The notes under the pieces were generated by a model that ran no database searches, was not told the DNA's origin, and saw only the letters and a list, made by a program, of their open reading frames with translations. DNA of 64,000 bases from Tilletiaria anomala UBC 951. Lineage: Eukaryota. Positions 22,493-34,504 of this stretch are shown here, in pieces (the first letter of the stretch is position 1; every line of letters starts with the position of its first letter). A program made the translations under genes and the position numbers. The DNA is taken from assembly GCF_000711695.1 (NCBI RefSeq), contig NW_013547018.1, forward strand, positions 186,001-250,000, in the 5' to 3' direction.

Positions 22493-25360
22493 ATGGCGGA
22501 ACCGAACCTCGCTCCCGGCACTGGCGGCGTCAGCGCCCAAGGCCAGGCGACGACCTCGCCGCCGCGTGGATCACCTTTCACGCCCCTCACCCGTCTGCCA
22601 TCTACCGATTCCAACCGCAGCCTTGGGCAGCAGAGCAACAATAACTCCACCGCTGACAGCCCGGGCTCTGGCGCGGGCCTGGCGTTCTCGACGCCGAGCA
22701 TCAGTAGCAGTACTGCGACACCTGGTCGGCCGCGCGTGCTTCGACGAAAGGACTCGCAGTCCTCGAACGGTGGAGGCTCGGGGAGCTTCAGCCCTGGAGC
22801 GACAGGCCCAGGAGGACTAGGTCGCACATCATCTATATCAGCTCGTAGCGGCCTTGGTCTGCATCCGCGCACGCGCTCGAGCGGCACAACAGGCGGGAAC
22901 AACACACCCTCTTCCGGCCGGCACATTTCACATGGGGCCTATGCGGCTTCGCGGCCTGCACCTCAGCCTGATGCGGCGCAGCGCGATCTTTTCAGCGCAG
23001 CTGTCGCGTCATCCAACCTCGCCAGGTCGAGCGACGGGCTGCAGGCGCTTCTCAGGGACCACCCTGAATTGATCAGCAGCAGCTTGAAGGCCGCCGCAGG
23101 TACAGCGTTGATGGAGCGCAGCGAGAGCATCAGCGCACGCGCCAGCCAAAAGGGCAGCGAGCCAGGGACACCGCTGCTGGAAAGCGGGCGAGGCAGTGTG
23201 TGCAACAGCCTCATCCTCGAAAACTCGGCCTTTCCATCTGGCGCGTCTCCTGGAGGCATGAACCTTGGTACCCCGGGTGAGTTAACATGTGAGGCCCGAT
23301 ATTAGGCATTGTAGGGTTACGATGCAGTGGCCAGTTAGGGTTGCCTCCCTCGGGTCAGCCGGGATCCGACTACTAGTGGAGCCCGGCAATCCCCGCACGA
23401 GGACCGGGCCATCTTACGACCCATCGGTCACGCGACCCACATCACCTTGTCATCAGTGTGGAAGTCACACTCCTACCATCTTTTGCTCGTTCTTGTTACG
23501 CTGCCTTGGGGTCATTTCAACCAAGACACGTATCTGCTTGCTGACCGGAGACATTCCTCCTTGCCCCTTTCTCATCCGGTTCCCTGCCTGTCGCCTCGTC
23601 CTCACGCGCTCCCGTGATCCCCATTTTTGGCCATCACCGCCTGTTGGCCCCCGCTGGCTGCAACTCCATGCATGACACCTCACTTATGCCCGTCGCCTCT
23701 ACACCTGTCGACCATCTAAATGGAATCGCCATCGGTCCCGACATGCCGCCTGATTTCGTTGCGGATCTGGGCGAGCCAGGTGCAAAGCCCGACTACAGCG
23801 AGCAGAAGATCGTTGTTGCTATGGTTGGACTGCCGGCCCGAGGGAAGAGTTATCTTAGTAACAAACTGATGCGATATCTCAAAGTGAATCGAAAACTTCC
23901 ATTTGCTAGCTGTTCGATTCATTGCTAACTTTCTCACCTTCCGCCCCCAAGTGGCTCGAGTACGATGTCAAAGTGTTCAACGTAGGACAGATGCGGCGAG
24001 CATTAGCACGGACAAAGCTGCGAGAATCTGGCATCACCGAAGATCACACGGCCTCGTTCTTCGATCCTGCTAATCCAGAGGCTTATGCGCTACGGTCACA
24101 GATGGCATCCGAGTGCCTGGAGCAGCTGATTATATGGCTCAAGGCCGGGGGGAACGTGGGGATCCACGATGCAACGAACACCACCAAATCGCGACGCGAG
24201 GAGATAGCCAAGCGCGTAGCGCAGGAGCCGAACCTCAAACTGGTCTTCCTTGAGAGCATCTGCACCGACCCGGCGGTCATCGCCGCGAATATCGCGGTCA
24301 AAGTTCGCAGCGGAGATCCAGACTACGCCAACGTGTCACCCGAGGAGGCGAAAAAGGATTTCTTGGCGCGGATCAAGAATTACGAAGATGCTTATCAGCC
24401 TGTCGATGCGGACGGTAGCGAGAGTCAATTGAGCTACTGCAAGATCTTCGACGTCGGCCAGAACGTCGTCGTCAATCAGATTCGAGGGTATCTCGAGTCG
24501 AGGATCGCGTTTTATTTGATGAACCTGCACCTTACTCCACGTAATATCTTCTTTTCAAGGGTGAGTACTGAAATGCTCTGAGAAAGACAGAGCAAGGCAT
24601 ATTGACAGCTTCGAAATGAACCATCAACCATGTACAGCATGGAGAATCTCAGTACAACGTCCAAGGGAAGATTGGCGGTGATAGCGACCTATCCGAGCGA
24701 GGCTGGTCCTACGCGCGCGCTCTACCAGATCTAATCAAGGATAATATCGGCGACGCCCCTCTCACTGTGTGGCACTCGACCCTCAAGCGGACTGCGCAAA
24801 CGTCCTCCTTTTTGCCATACAACAAGCTTGCGTGGAAGTCGCTGGATGAGCTCGACGCTGGTGTCTGTGATAGCATGACGTACGAAGAGATCGAGCAGTA
24901 CTACCCCGAGGATTATGCCTCCCGCGACGATGACAAATTCAACTACCGGTACCGAGGCGGCGAGTCATACCGCGACGTTGTCGTACGTCTCGAGCCCGTC
25001 ATCATGGAGCTGGAACGACAAGAGAATATTCTCATCATTGGACACCAGGCGATCCTGCGATGTTTGTACGCCTACTTCCATTCGCTCTCGCAAGAAGAAC
25101 TGCCGTACATCAAGATACCTTTACACACTGTCATCCAGCTGACGCCGAAAGCGTACGGATGCGACGAGAAACGGTTCCGCTTGCCCATCGACGCTGTCGA
25201 CACACACCGACCCAAGCCGGTCAAGGTCAGCCAGGTGGCGCCGGGCACGCCGCCCTTGCTGCAGTCAAAGACTCCTTTGATCCCGGACGATATACTTCAG
25301 GCGGCTACCAGCTTGCCGCCCAGTCAGCGCAAGCCGCAGTACGAAGAGCACCAGCTATGA
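22493..25360 (+). CDS. Bifunctional 6-phosphofructo-2-kinase / fructose-2,6-bisphosphatase
   Basis: Kinase P-loop MVGLPARGKSY, VFNVGQMRR, DATNTT, FLESIC; phosphatase SR|HGES, LDELDAG, YRYRGGESY, IGHQA. Exons 22493-23276, 23780-23883, 23952-24560 and 24638-25360. The exon 1-2 junction is the least certain. Confidence 0.92.
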
Positions 25361-25756
25361 AGAGTGTTAGGAGAAAACGGGCGAATTGCATACACAGTCA
25401 CCACCACTACTACTTCATTGCAGCCCATTAGATCCGTGCATTCACGTCGTCACCAGTACCTTGTGTATCATACATTATAGCAAGCAAGTGAGAAGCTTAT
25501 ACCGCACTCGTTTCCTGACCAATCGCAGGTTAACCTCAATTCGAACCAAATGAATTGCAAGTTGCAGCTTGTATACATATGTGTGAAACTGTAGAGTTGC
25601 GTTGGTGTGATGCTTGCGACTGAACCACGTCTTGAATACAAAGCACTATGCTTTGGGAACCTCGCCCCAGTATCATATCTCCTCACAGCCTGTCGATTAT
25701 CGAAAGGGCGGCCACCAATCTGTGTCGCCTGCATTGCGCTTGCTTATGGACCCGCC

Positions 25757-28622
25757 TTAGTCAAGCGGCTCCTCTTCGATGAAGGCATCGCTCGCCATGT
25801 CAGAGTCCATGTCGATATCTTCGTTAATGTCCTCGAACTCTGGAGGGATGGGGTGGTTTGGGTTGACCAGGAGGCAATTGCCGGGCCCATCGAACGTGAC
25901 AGTGACTGTCTCATTGTCGCGTACCTGACCGCGAAGGATGAGCAGCGAGAGAGGGTTGAGCAGGCTGCTCTGGATGGCCCTGTTAAGTGGCCGCGCGCCA
26001 AGCGAGGGGTTGTACCCAATCGACGCGAGGTAGTCCTTGGCGCCGTCATCGAGCTGCAGCTTAATGCGCCGGCCATTGGACCAAAGTCGGTGCTGCACTT
26101 CCTTGACTCTGCTCTCGACAATGCTGCGGATGTCCTTGCGGCTCAGCTTGCGGAAAATGATGGTCGAGTCGATCCGATTGATGAACTCGGGGACAAAGTG
26201 CTGCGCGATCGCTGACTGCACCAGCTGCTGCGTGGCAGGCGAGATGGAGCCGCCTTCGTCTGCGGACGGGTCAGCGTTGATCGATGCGGAACCGAGGTTG
26301 GAAGTCATGATGATGACACAGTTCTTAAAGCTGACCACTCTGCCTTGACCGTCTGTGCAGCGCCCGTCATCCAAGATCTGCAGGAAGAGAGTGACGAACT
26401 CCTTGGCCGCTTTCTCGATCTCGTCGATGAGCACGACTGAGTACGGACGTCGGCGGATCCACTCAGTTAACTGGCCACCCGAATCGTGCCCGACATAGCC
26501 AGGCGGCGCGCCGATGAGCCTGCTGATCGAGTGCTTCTCGCTGTACTCGGATGCGTCTATGCGCATCATGGCGTTCTCGTCGTCGAAGAGCTGCTTGGAA
26601 AGAGCTTTGCTGAGGAGCGTCTTGCCGGTTCCGCTCGGGCCGCAGAAAAGCAGAGATGCGATCGGTCGGTTGGGGTTGGCTAGGCCGGAGCGAGAGAGGC
26701 GGATGGCTTGCGCAACCGCTTTGACAGCTTCCGGTTGCCCAATGACGTCCTTGGCAAGTAAGTGCTCGAGCTTGAGCAGTTTCTGCTTCTCGCCCTCCAT
26801 CATCTTCGCTGCGGGGATTCCCGTCCAGCGAGCGACGATCTGCGCGATACGCTCGGAAGTGACTGTGTTCGCGCCATTGCTCACGCCTTCTTCCTCACGC
26901 TTGCGCTCCTCCATTTGCAGGCTCTTGAGACGCACCTCAAGCTCCGGGATGGCATAGTAGCGCAGGTCGGCTGCCGTCTGCAGGTCGTACCTCCTTTCCG
27001 CATCTAGTGCCTTTTGCTGCAGCTCCTCGATGCGCCTGCGGACATTGTTGATTTCATCGCCTTTTGCCTTTTCTGCGTCGTGCTTGGCGATAAGCGGCGC
27101 GAGTTCTTCATCCACTTGAGACAGCTCCTTGCGTCCTTTCTCGAGGTCCTCCTTGCTGCTAGCGTCCTTCTCACGCTCGAGGGCATGGATGGCGACTTCG
27201 AGCTGTAGCTTCTTGCGTTGCAGCTTATCGATGTCCTCTGGTACAGTGTCGCGCTGCACACGCACATCTGCGCAAGCCTCGTCGACTAGATCGATTGCAC
27301 TATCGGGTGCGCGGCGGCTGGTAAGGTAGCGCTTGGCGAGCACGGCAGCCTGGACGAGTGCAGAGTCGAGAATGCGCACAGAATGGTGCACCTCGTACTT
27401 GTCGCGCAGACCACGGAGGATGGCGATGGTGGCATTGACATCCGGTTCTTCGACAAGGACCTGCTGGAAGCGTCGCTCGAACGCGGCATCCTTCTCAATG
27501 TATTGCCGGTACTCTGCAAGGGTCGTTGCACCGATGCAACGAAGCTTGCCGCGCGCAAGCATGGGCTTGATCAGATTCGCCGCGTCCATACCCGAGTCAC
27601 CGCCCTTGCCTGCCATCAAGAGATGCATCTCGTCGATTGCCAATATGATGTTGGTCCCGTTCTCGGTAGCCTTTTCGATCTCGTCCAGAACAGCCTTCAC
27701 GCGCTCCTCGTACTCGCCGCGGTACTTTGCGCCTGCCATAAGTGCGCCCATGTCGAGTGAAAGAAGGCGTCCGAGAAGATTTGGCGGGACATCCCGATCA
27801 ATGATCCGTTGCGCGAGTCCTTCCATGACAGCAGTTTTTCCGGTACCAGGCTGTGAAATAAACAAATGGCTTTGTCACCGTCATTACACCGAATCACAGT
27901 CAACATTCCAAGAATTGACTCACTTCTCCAATCAAGACTGCGTTGTTTTTAGTACGTCGCGAGAGAACTCGCACGACTCTGCGGATCTCATCATCTCTGC
28001 CAATGACAGGGTCGAGCTTGCCCTCGGCGGCGAGCATGGTCAAGTCTGTACAGTACTTGTTGAGTGCGTCGAAACCCGCCTCGCTGGCCTTACTTTCGAT
28101 CCTTCTGGCGCCGCGTGCATTTGTGATGGCCGTCTTCAGCAGCTCCGAGTTAGCGAGGCCGGCGGCCTTGAGCAAGCCTTTGAGCGTGGTGTCGTGATCT
28201 ACTAGCGCGAGCAGCAGGTGGTCTTGCGCGATGTACGAATCGTGCTGCGTCTTCTTGAGCTTGTCGGCTTCCTGAATGACTTTCAGCGCTTCTCGGCTGA
28301 ACGACGTCTCATCGGGCGGTGGGTTTTGCTGCGGAATCTTGCGCAGCGTGTCGCGCAGACTTTGCTCTAATTTTGCCACGTCCACGCCGGCCTTACTGAG
28401 CACGGAGTGGAACAGCGATTCGGTCGCCGCCGATCCTGAGCCGGCCCCCGCGGCCCCTGCAGCGCCAGGAGCTGTTACACCCGTTACGGTCGGGCCGCTG
28501 GAGTCGAGCAGGAGAGCGAGGGCGAGGTGTGATCCTGTGACTTGTGGGTGAGCGTAATCCTTGGCCAGCTGTGATGCTGCGCCAACGGCGCTTTGTGCGC
28601 GGTCTGTGAATTCGAAGGCCAT
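25757..28622 (-). CDS. HSP104: Hsp104/ClpB disaggregase (cytosolic type)
   Basis: Clp N-domain, [13 protein letters not shown], Walker A1 GE|PGTGKT across intron 27923-27851, coiled-coil middle domain, Walker A2 [23 protein letters not shown], acidic C-terminus IEEEPLD. Confidence 0.96.
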
Positions 28623-28724
28623 ACTTCCGTTGTCTGTGTCAAGTGCTGGCGGGTATCAATCGTACGGAGCCGATGAGGTATAGGGGCGAAGTAAACATCG
28701 TATTAATGTGTAAGCGATGCCGCT

Positions 28725-28732
28725 CCTATATA
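28725..28732 (-). promoter_or_regulatory. TATA-like box upstream of HSP104
   Basis: TATATAGG on the minus strand about 105 nt upstream of the HSP104 ATG. Confidence 0.5.
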
Positions 28733-28839
28733 CCCTACCATGCCCTCCCCAGCTGGACTGCAGTGATTGGGATGATCGAAGCCTCGTCTTCCAAAGCGCA
28801 ACCGATGTCATCCGGGCAAGAATAACCCTACTATGCGAT

Positions 28840-28924
28840 TGAAGGTCCTAGAAGCTGCTAGAAGCCGCCGGAAGCATCTCGTGAGCACGAGACCGCTTGT
28901 TTCGAAAATCATTTTGAATGTTCG
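28840..28924. promoter_or_regulatory. Heat-shock element cluster (HSF sites)
   Basis: GAAG begins at 28841, 28851, 28861 and 28871 (exact 10-bp phase), plus GAAtgTTC at 28916-28923, directly upstream of HSP104. Confidence 0.75.
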
Positions 28925-29304
28925 ATCACATGCAGCTAGCAACAACCGGGCAGAGAACGAATCGGTGCATTCAGATCGTTTGTAAACTCACGCAAAACTC
29001 GCCGCGTCCAACGCAACTTTTCAACTCGAACACGCGACGCGCCATCAACTAGGATGTACCCGGCTTGCACAAAAAGAAAGCATGGCCACGCGCCTAAGCT
29101 GCTCTTCGCAGAGCAAGAAAGACGAGAGGGAGTGCCGATGGATCGATGTCTGCTTCGACACGTCTGGGAGTGAGTCAAGGCCTCATATATGCTCCATTGT
29201 GATCACATGCTATTGGCTGTCGGCGATTATTGCCGGGGTGCAGTGAACCCCAGCCGCAGTTAGCGGACAAACTGCGACGATCCCTGCTTGGCATCCCAGC
29301 CGGC

Positions 29305-32156
29305 ATGAATGGTACTCTGCAGAGTGAGTCGACAGGCGGGAGTGACCTGGCATTTCCTGTGCGAATGGAGAGACGCTCGACTCTAGGAAGCTCGTCGGAT
29401 GCGATGTAGAAAGGACATCTTGCTGACGAAGATCAATGGACGTGCTCGTTACCATTCCAGACCCGTTCGCACACGACACGCCGGACAGCGTCGACTCCGT
29501 CTTGGCATATGCTGCCGCGACGTGTTGCAGGTACAACAAAGGGCACTGGAACCTCGTATTTTCCGGTCAGCTTGTCGCCACGGGTCGGACAGATGGCGTC
29601 GTCGCCATTTGGGATGCAGAGACGAAACGGATCGTAAGATGGCTGGTTGGGCATACAAAGACGGTGCTGGGCGTTGCGTGAGTACTTCCATTTATCATTT
29701 CTGGACTTCCGGTATCACTTTGTGGCGCCAGCTGACCACACGAATCTGCGCTCCCTCTTTCAGATGGTCGCCTAACAATCGCTTCCTGGCCTCCTGCTCG
29801 TACGACTGCTCGATCATCATCTGGGACCTCTCGCAAGGATCCGGCACACAATTCAGAAACATCAAGTTCGACACCGCCGTCCTCAGTGTACAGTACGACC
29901 CGAAGAATTCGTGCGTTCATTTTGGGACAGAACAAATACATTATCACGCCCTGCTGATGCTTCTCATTGCCAATTGACATTCAGGAACCACCTTCTTGCT
30001 GTCCTTGAGACGCAAGAAGCCGTCTGGATCGATTTGCAACAGCGCATACAGGTCACGCGCCGGCGGATCAAAGGAAAGCATCAAACCAACGCCAATGCTC
30101 AGAATGGCAATCACAATAGCAATGGGCAGGTGATCCAACAGGAAGGGGCAAACAAGTCCGGCAGTGACCAACCCTGGGACACTCCCGAATTCTCTCCGCT
30201 ACCTGTCCGTCGGTGGACGTTCGGCGGTGACTATGACACGCCGGTTGCACCTTACCTGCAGCCTCCGCCCTCTCCCTCATCTCCTTCTGTTTCGGCGGAG
30301 GCTGTAGCAGGTGATGCTGACATGGGTAGCGCCAAAGAAGAGCGTAGCGACAACATACCACCACCGCCTACTCGGCGAAAGGGGCACATCCCGCAGAAGA
30401 TTTCATGTGCCATCTTCGGGCACGATGGCCGACACATCTTTGCCGGCACGTCGCGAGGCGGGCTGTTGGTATATGATCTGTGCTCGCGGCAGCTTGTGCA
30501 ATGCGAAGGTGGTGGTGCCAGCGGAATGGGCAACGCGTCGGCGTCACCCGCGGCAGCTGCGGGTCTGTTAGGCCCGGCTCTGATCAAGGAGATGGCGATT
30601 GACGCTACGGGCAAGATGCTTCTCGTGAATTCGAACGATCGGGCGATTCGTGCGTTCAGCATCAGTATCAACAACGAGCCTCCGCCCGAGCCATCACAGC
30701 AGCATCGCAGCCACGGCGCAGAGTCGCCTAACACGTGGTCGTCAATGCCATCGGTCAGTCCGGCACCTGAGGCGCTTGTGCATGTGGCGGCAGCGGTAGC
30801 GGCAACGGCTGTGACAGTCGCTGCACCTACGTCTTTACAGGCAGTGGACGAAGACGCACAGGTGATCAGTGTATCACAGGGAGGCAACGATCTTTCACAC
30901 GCCGAGCGCAGTGCACAGGCTATCGCTGCCGTGCTCGAAGCAGCGCAAGAGGACGCCGACGTTGACCAGCCGGCCGCGCTCGCCGCAACGGCTGCGTCTA
31001 CCAACCCGTCCTGCTCCCCCTCTGCTTCGGCGCCACCGCAGCCGCGCGTCAATAAGCCGTTCAACGTGCGCCTGCTATACAAGGTGCAGGACCGCGTCAA
31101 CCGGACACCGTGGTGCGGCATCGGCTTCACCGGTGATGGCGAGTACGTTTTTGGCGGTGCAACAAACATTACTGCGCACAATATCTACATCTGGGAGCGC
31201 ATGACGGGCACGCTCAACAGGATTCTCGAAGGTCCCAAGGAGCCGCTCATTGGCCTTGATGTGAGTCGCGCCGCGCCCAAGAGGGTGCTGTGGGGCTGGG
31301 ATACCTACGAAATATGGTACGACTGACACGCAACTCTTGGCATGAGCAGTGGCATCCACACCGGCCAGCGGCCGCGTCTGTCTCGTCGACGGGGAACGTC
31401 AACCTGTGGTCGACTCCGACGGCGGAGATCTGGTCGGCGTACGCGCCCGGGTTCGAGGAGCTCGAGGAGAACGCGGAGTACGAAGAGCACGAGGACGAGT
31501 TCGACGTCGAGGACGAGGACGAGGTGTCACGCCGAAAGCAGGACGAGGAGGAAGGCCTGGTGGACATCTACCCTGCCGGTGAGCTGATCAAGCTCGCAAA
31601 GCGACACGTCAGGGAGCGGGCGCGCAGGGCGGAGTGCAAGGCGGGGCACAAGGTCCGACATGGCCCTCGGAGGCTGCAGTCACATGTGGGGCCGCGTGGG
31701 GATGGCGCTGCTCTCAACAACAGCATCAGCTTTGAATACGAGCTAAGGGAACAACACAGCGACGACGACGACGAAGACGATAGCTTCTGGGACGGCATCG
31801 GCGCTTTTGACGGCGAGGGCACATTCGAAGTTGAGTGCCGCTCAGTCTTCCAGCGCATCCTGCGCCGCCGCGGGTCGTCGTCCTCGAGGACCGCGCGGGC
31901 TGGCGCGTCGATCCAGAAGGCGCAGCAGAGGTACTTGCAGCCTGGAAAGCGAGTGCGCGATGGGAATGCTACGGATACGGACGGGGACGCGTCAATGCAC
32001 CAAGTGGATAGTGCAGATGAGGAGGATCTGGAAGAGGTAGAGCAGGAAGAGCAGGTGCGCATCGTACTCGTCGAAGATCCGGACGATGATCACGCGTTCA
32101 AGCTGTCTGCGCGCCTGGAGGATCCGCTGATTGAGCTCAATAGCGATAGCGATTGA
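29305..32156 (+). CDS. SWD1: COMPASS/Set1C WD40 subunit Swd1 (RBBP5)
   Basis: MNGTLQ|NPFAHDTPDSVD start, WD40 repeats, LLVNSNDRAIR, QDRVNRTPW, HNIYIWE, ILEGPKEPL, D|WHP and the diagnostic WSAYAPGFEELEENAEYEEHEDEFD. Exons 29305-29323, 29461-29677, 29764-29910, 29985-31260 and 31350-32156. Confidence 0.92.
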
Positions 32157-34504
32157 TTGCTCGAGGCGATGCTATTGTTCGCTTGAAGCTTCTGTGGAAA
32201 TATCAATGGCGAACCATCAACGTTGAATGCAAGAACGACAGCTCGATGATGACCAGCTTCTGATTGCGCTTCTGCTGTGACGTTGAGTGCAGATGCAGCT
32301 GCGTGCGGATGGGCAATTGCACTGCGAGTGCCCGGTCCTGCTGTCAATCAGTAGCAGCGCGGCGATTGTGGGGTACATGGTTGAGGAGATCGCCAAAATA
32401 AATTACAAAACGGAGTCTTGCTGGGTCCCTACGGAGCCGTTGACGAAATAGATTCTCTTGACGTGCTTGTGACATTGTGATCTGTCACTGTCGTATATGT
32501 CGCGCTGCTGGTTGTCCATCTTCTCCTACTTCGCTCTTTGTTCATTTGTAGCCTCTACCTTGGGCGTATTCCTCCTCGAATGAACCGGCCATCTCACTGT
32601 CCGGCGCAGCCGCATCTTTAGGCACATATGGAAGGTGTATGTTGAAGATCGTGCAAATGCACTTGCCGGCTTGTGCAAGGCCGATGTCAATCAGATGAAC
32701 ACACCCAGCCTCGCGTCGCCATTATTTTTCTTCGTCTCGGCGTCGGCGATCGACGCCAAAGCGACGTTCACATCTTTCGCCCATCACACTTTTGGAACGA
32801 TGGCCAAAGTGCATTCAGGTCGGCAAGCTCGGCGCAGAGCAGATTGGCACTGAAGATATTGCCGCAGGACGCTTCACATGCCACATGCCCAATCGCTACT
32901 ATTGTAGGCTGTAGCCACCTCTATCCATCCACGATACCCAGTGCCATGTGCCTTTCCGAGCAGCTTCCAACGTGCCAGGCAGCTTTCTTTGCCCGCCGCA
33001 GCCTGCTGTACGCCAAGAAAATGGGTACGGTTGATGCAAGGAGCCTACATTTTGCACTGAGCTAATCCCAAGGCATCTCTCAATGGATCTGTTGTTGAAC
33101 TCCACGCGGTTGGCGCAGTGGAGAAAGTGCATGCGCTCTGCTTGAAAGCCGTCCGTTTGGTACCTGTGATAGCGAAGAGTGTTGAGCGCCGCAGGTGAGA
33201 TCTAAGCGGACCCTTTTTTGGCCACACAAAGACGACTGACAGCCACACAGACGATGGAAGTGCATACTGAATGAAGCAGGAACCTCGAGCTGTCGAGTCG
33301 CAACTGCCAGATTTATGTATCCAGAACCACAGCTGCGCACAACCAAGAAGGACCCTTTCACAATCTCACACGATTGTGACGTTGCGAATGGGAACTCAAC
33401 GAATGTCACCGGTCGCATCTCCAATGCATCGTGGTCGTGCAATAGGCTCAGACTGTGAGAAGTGAGATAGCCACCAGTCCACCACGGCAGCGCCATGACA
33501 AGGTTGGGAACGCGCGCTTCCCATAATCGCCAAGAGAGCCTACAAAGCGATGCCCATATCTTTGAATCCCACGGTCTGACGACTGGATGAGCTGTCTAAC
33601 CTGCGAGTCTCACCCGACAGCACAGGAGAGTTCTCTTCTGCCGGGGGAGCGGAAATCGAATGGACGAGGCATTAGCGGGTCGTACTGGGATCCAGTGCCT
33701 CCTCGGAGCATCCGACCCCCCTTGCGTTTCTTGGGCTCCACTCCACTCTTCCACATTTCTCCAGCGGGAAGGTGCGGCGTGGCTAGCGAGAGTCGTCCAG
33801 TGGACACGGCACTATCCTTGTTTGGCGGCACTGGATGAATGTTTGGTATGCTGATCTGATCGCTGCATGGGGTTTCAACTTTGACTCGAGCAGCCTAGCC
33901 GCCACCACCACCACCAGTCAAATTGAATGTCCACGAACACATGTGTGAGACGGGCATCGATTCCCTGTGAGTGCGCGCAACTGTCGTCCGTCGTCTGCTG
34001 CTCGGCCTTCCCCCATCTCATGTTCCCATCCTTGCCTAGCGTGTGTATCGTGGCATCGGGAAAGAGGGAGTTAAAGCGGCACCCAGCTGTTCATCTCTTT
34101 CACAGCCCACTCTGATCAGCTTGAGCCTCCTCGGAAGCACAAAGGTAGAGGGTAGGAGCAATCCCCGGCTCGCTGCCTCGACACCGACCACACTCCTTTG
34201 CATGGAATCGATTCGTCCACAAAGAGAACCCCACTCGACGCAGGTCGTCGACGGCCCTCTTCACTCATTTTCTCACTACACTCTCGCTCGCTCGCTCGTT
34301 CACTCACCCACCCAGTAACCCACCCCCGCAGGGGCGAGGCCCGTGACAGGTGCACGCATAACAGCAAGAGGCCGAGGCACACAATCGCCCATTCCATCAC
34401 ATAACCCAAGCCATCCTCAACGCGAAGACAAGCACCCTCGTAAACACACCAAAAGAAACACCGACCCTAGGCAGGCCTCCGGCAGACATACAAATAGATC
34501 CAAC

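Noticed and set aside
33640..33840. GC-rich hairpins upstream of LtrA resembling a riboswitch
   Set aside because: Lacks the TPP aptamer signatures (CUGAGA and the GAUAA..CCAGCG context); the stems are short.
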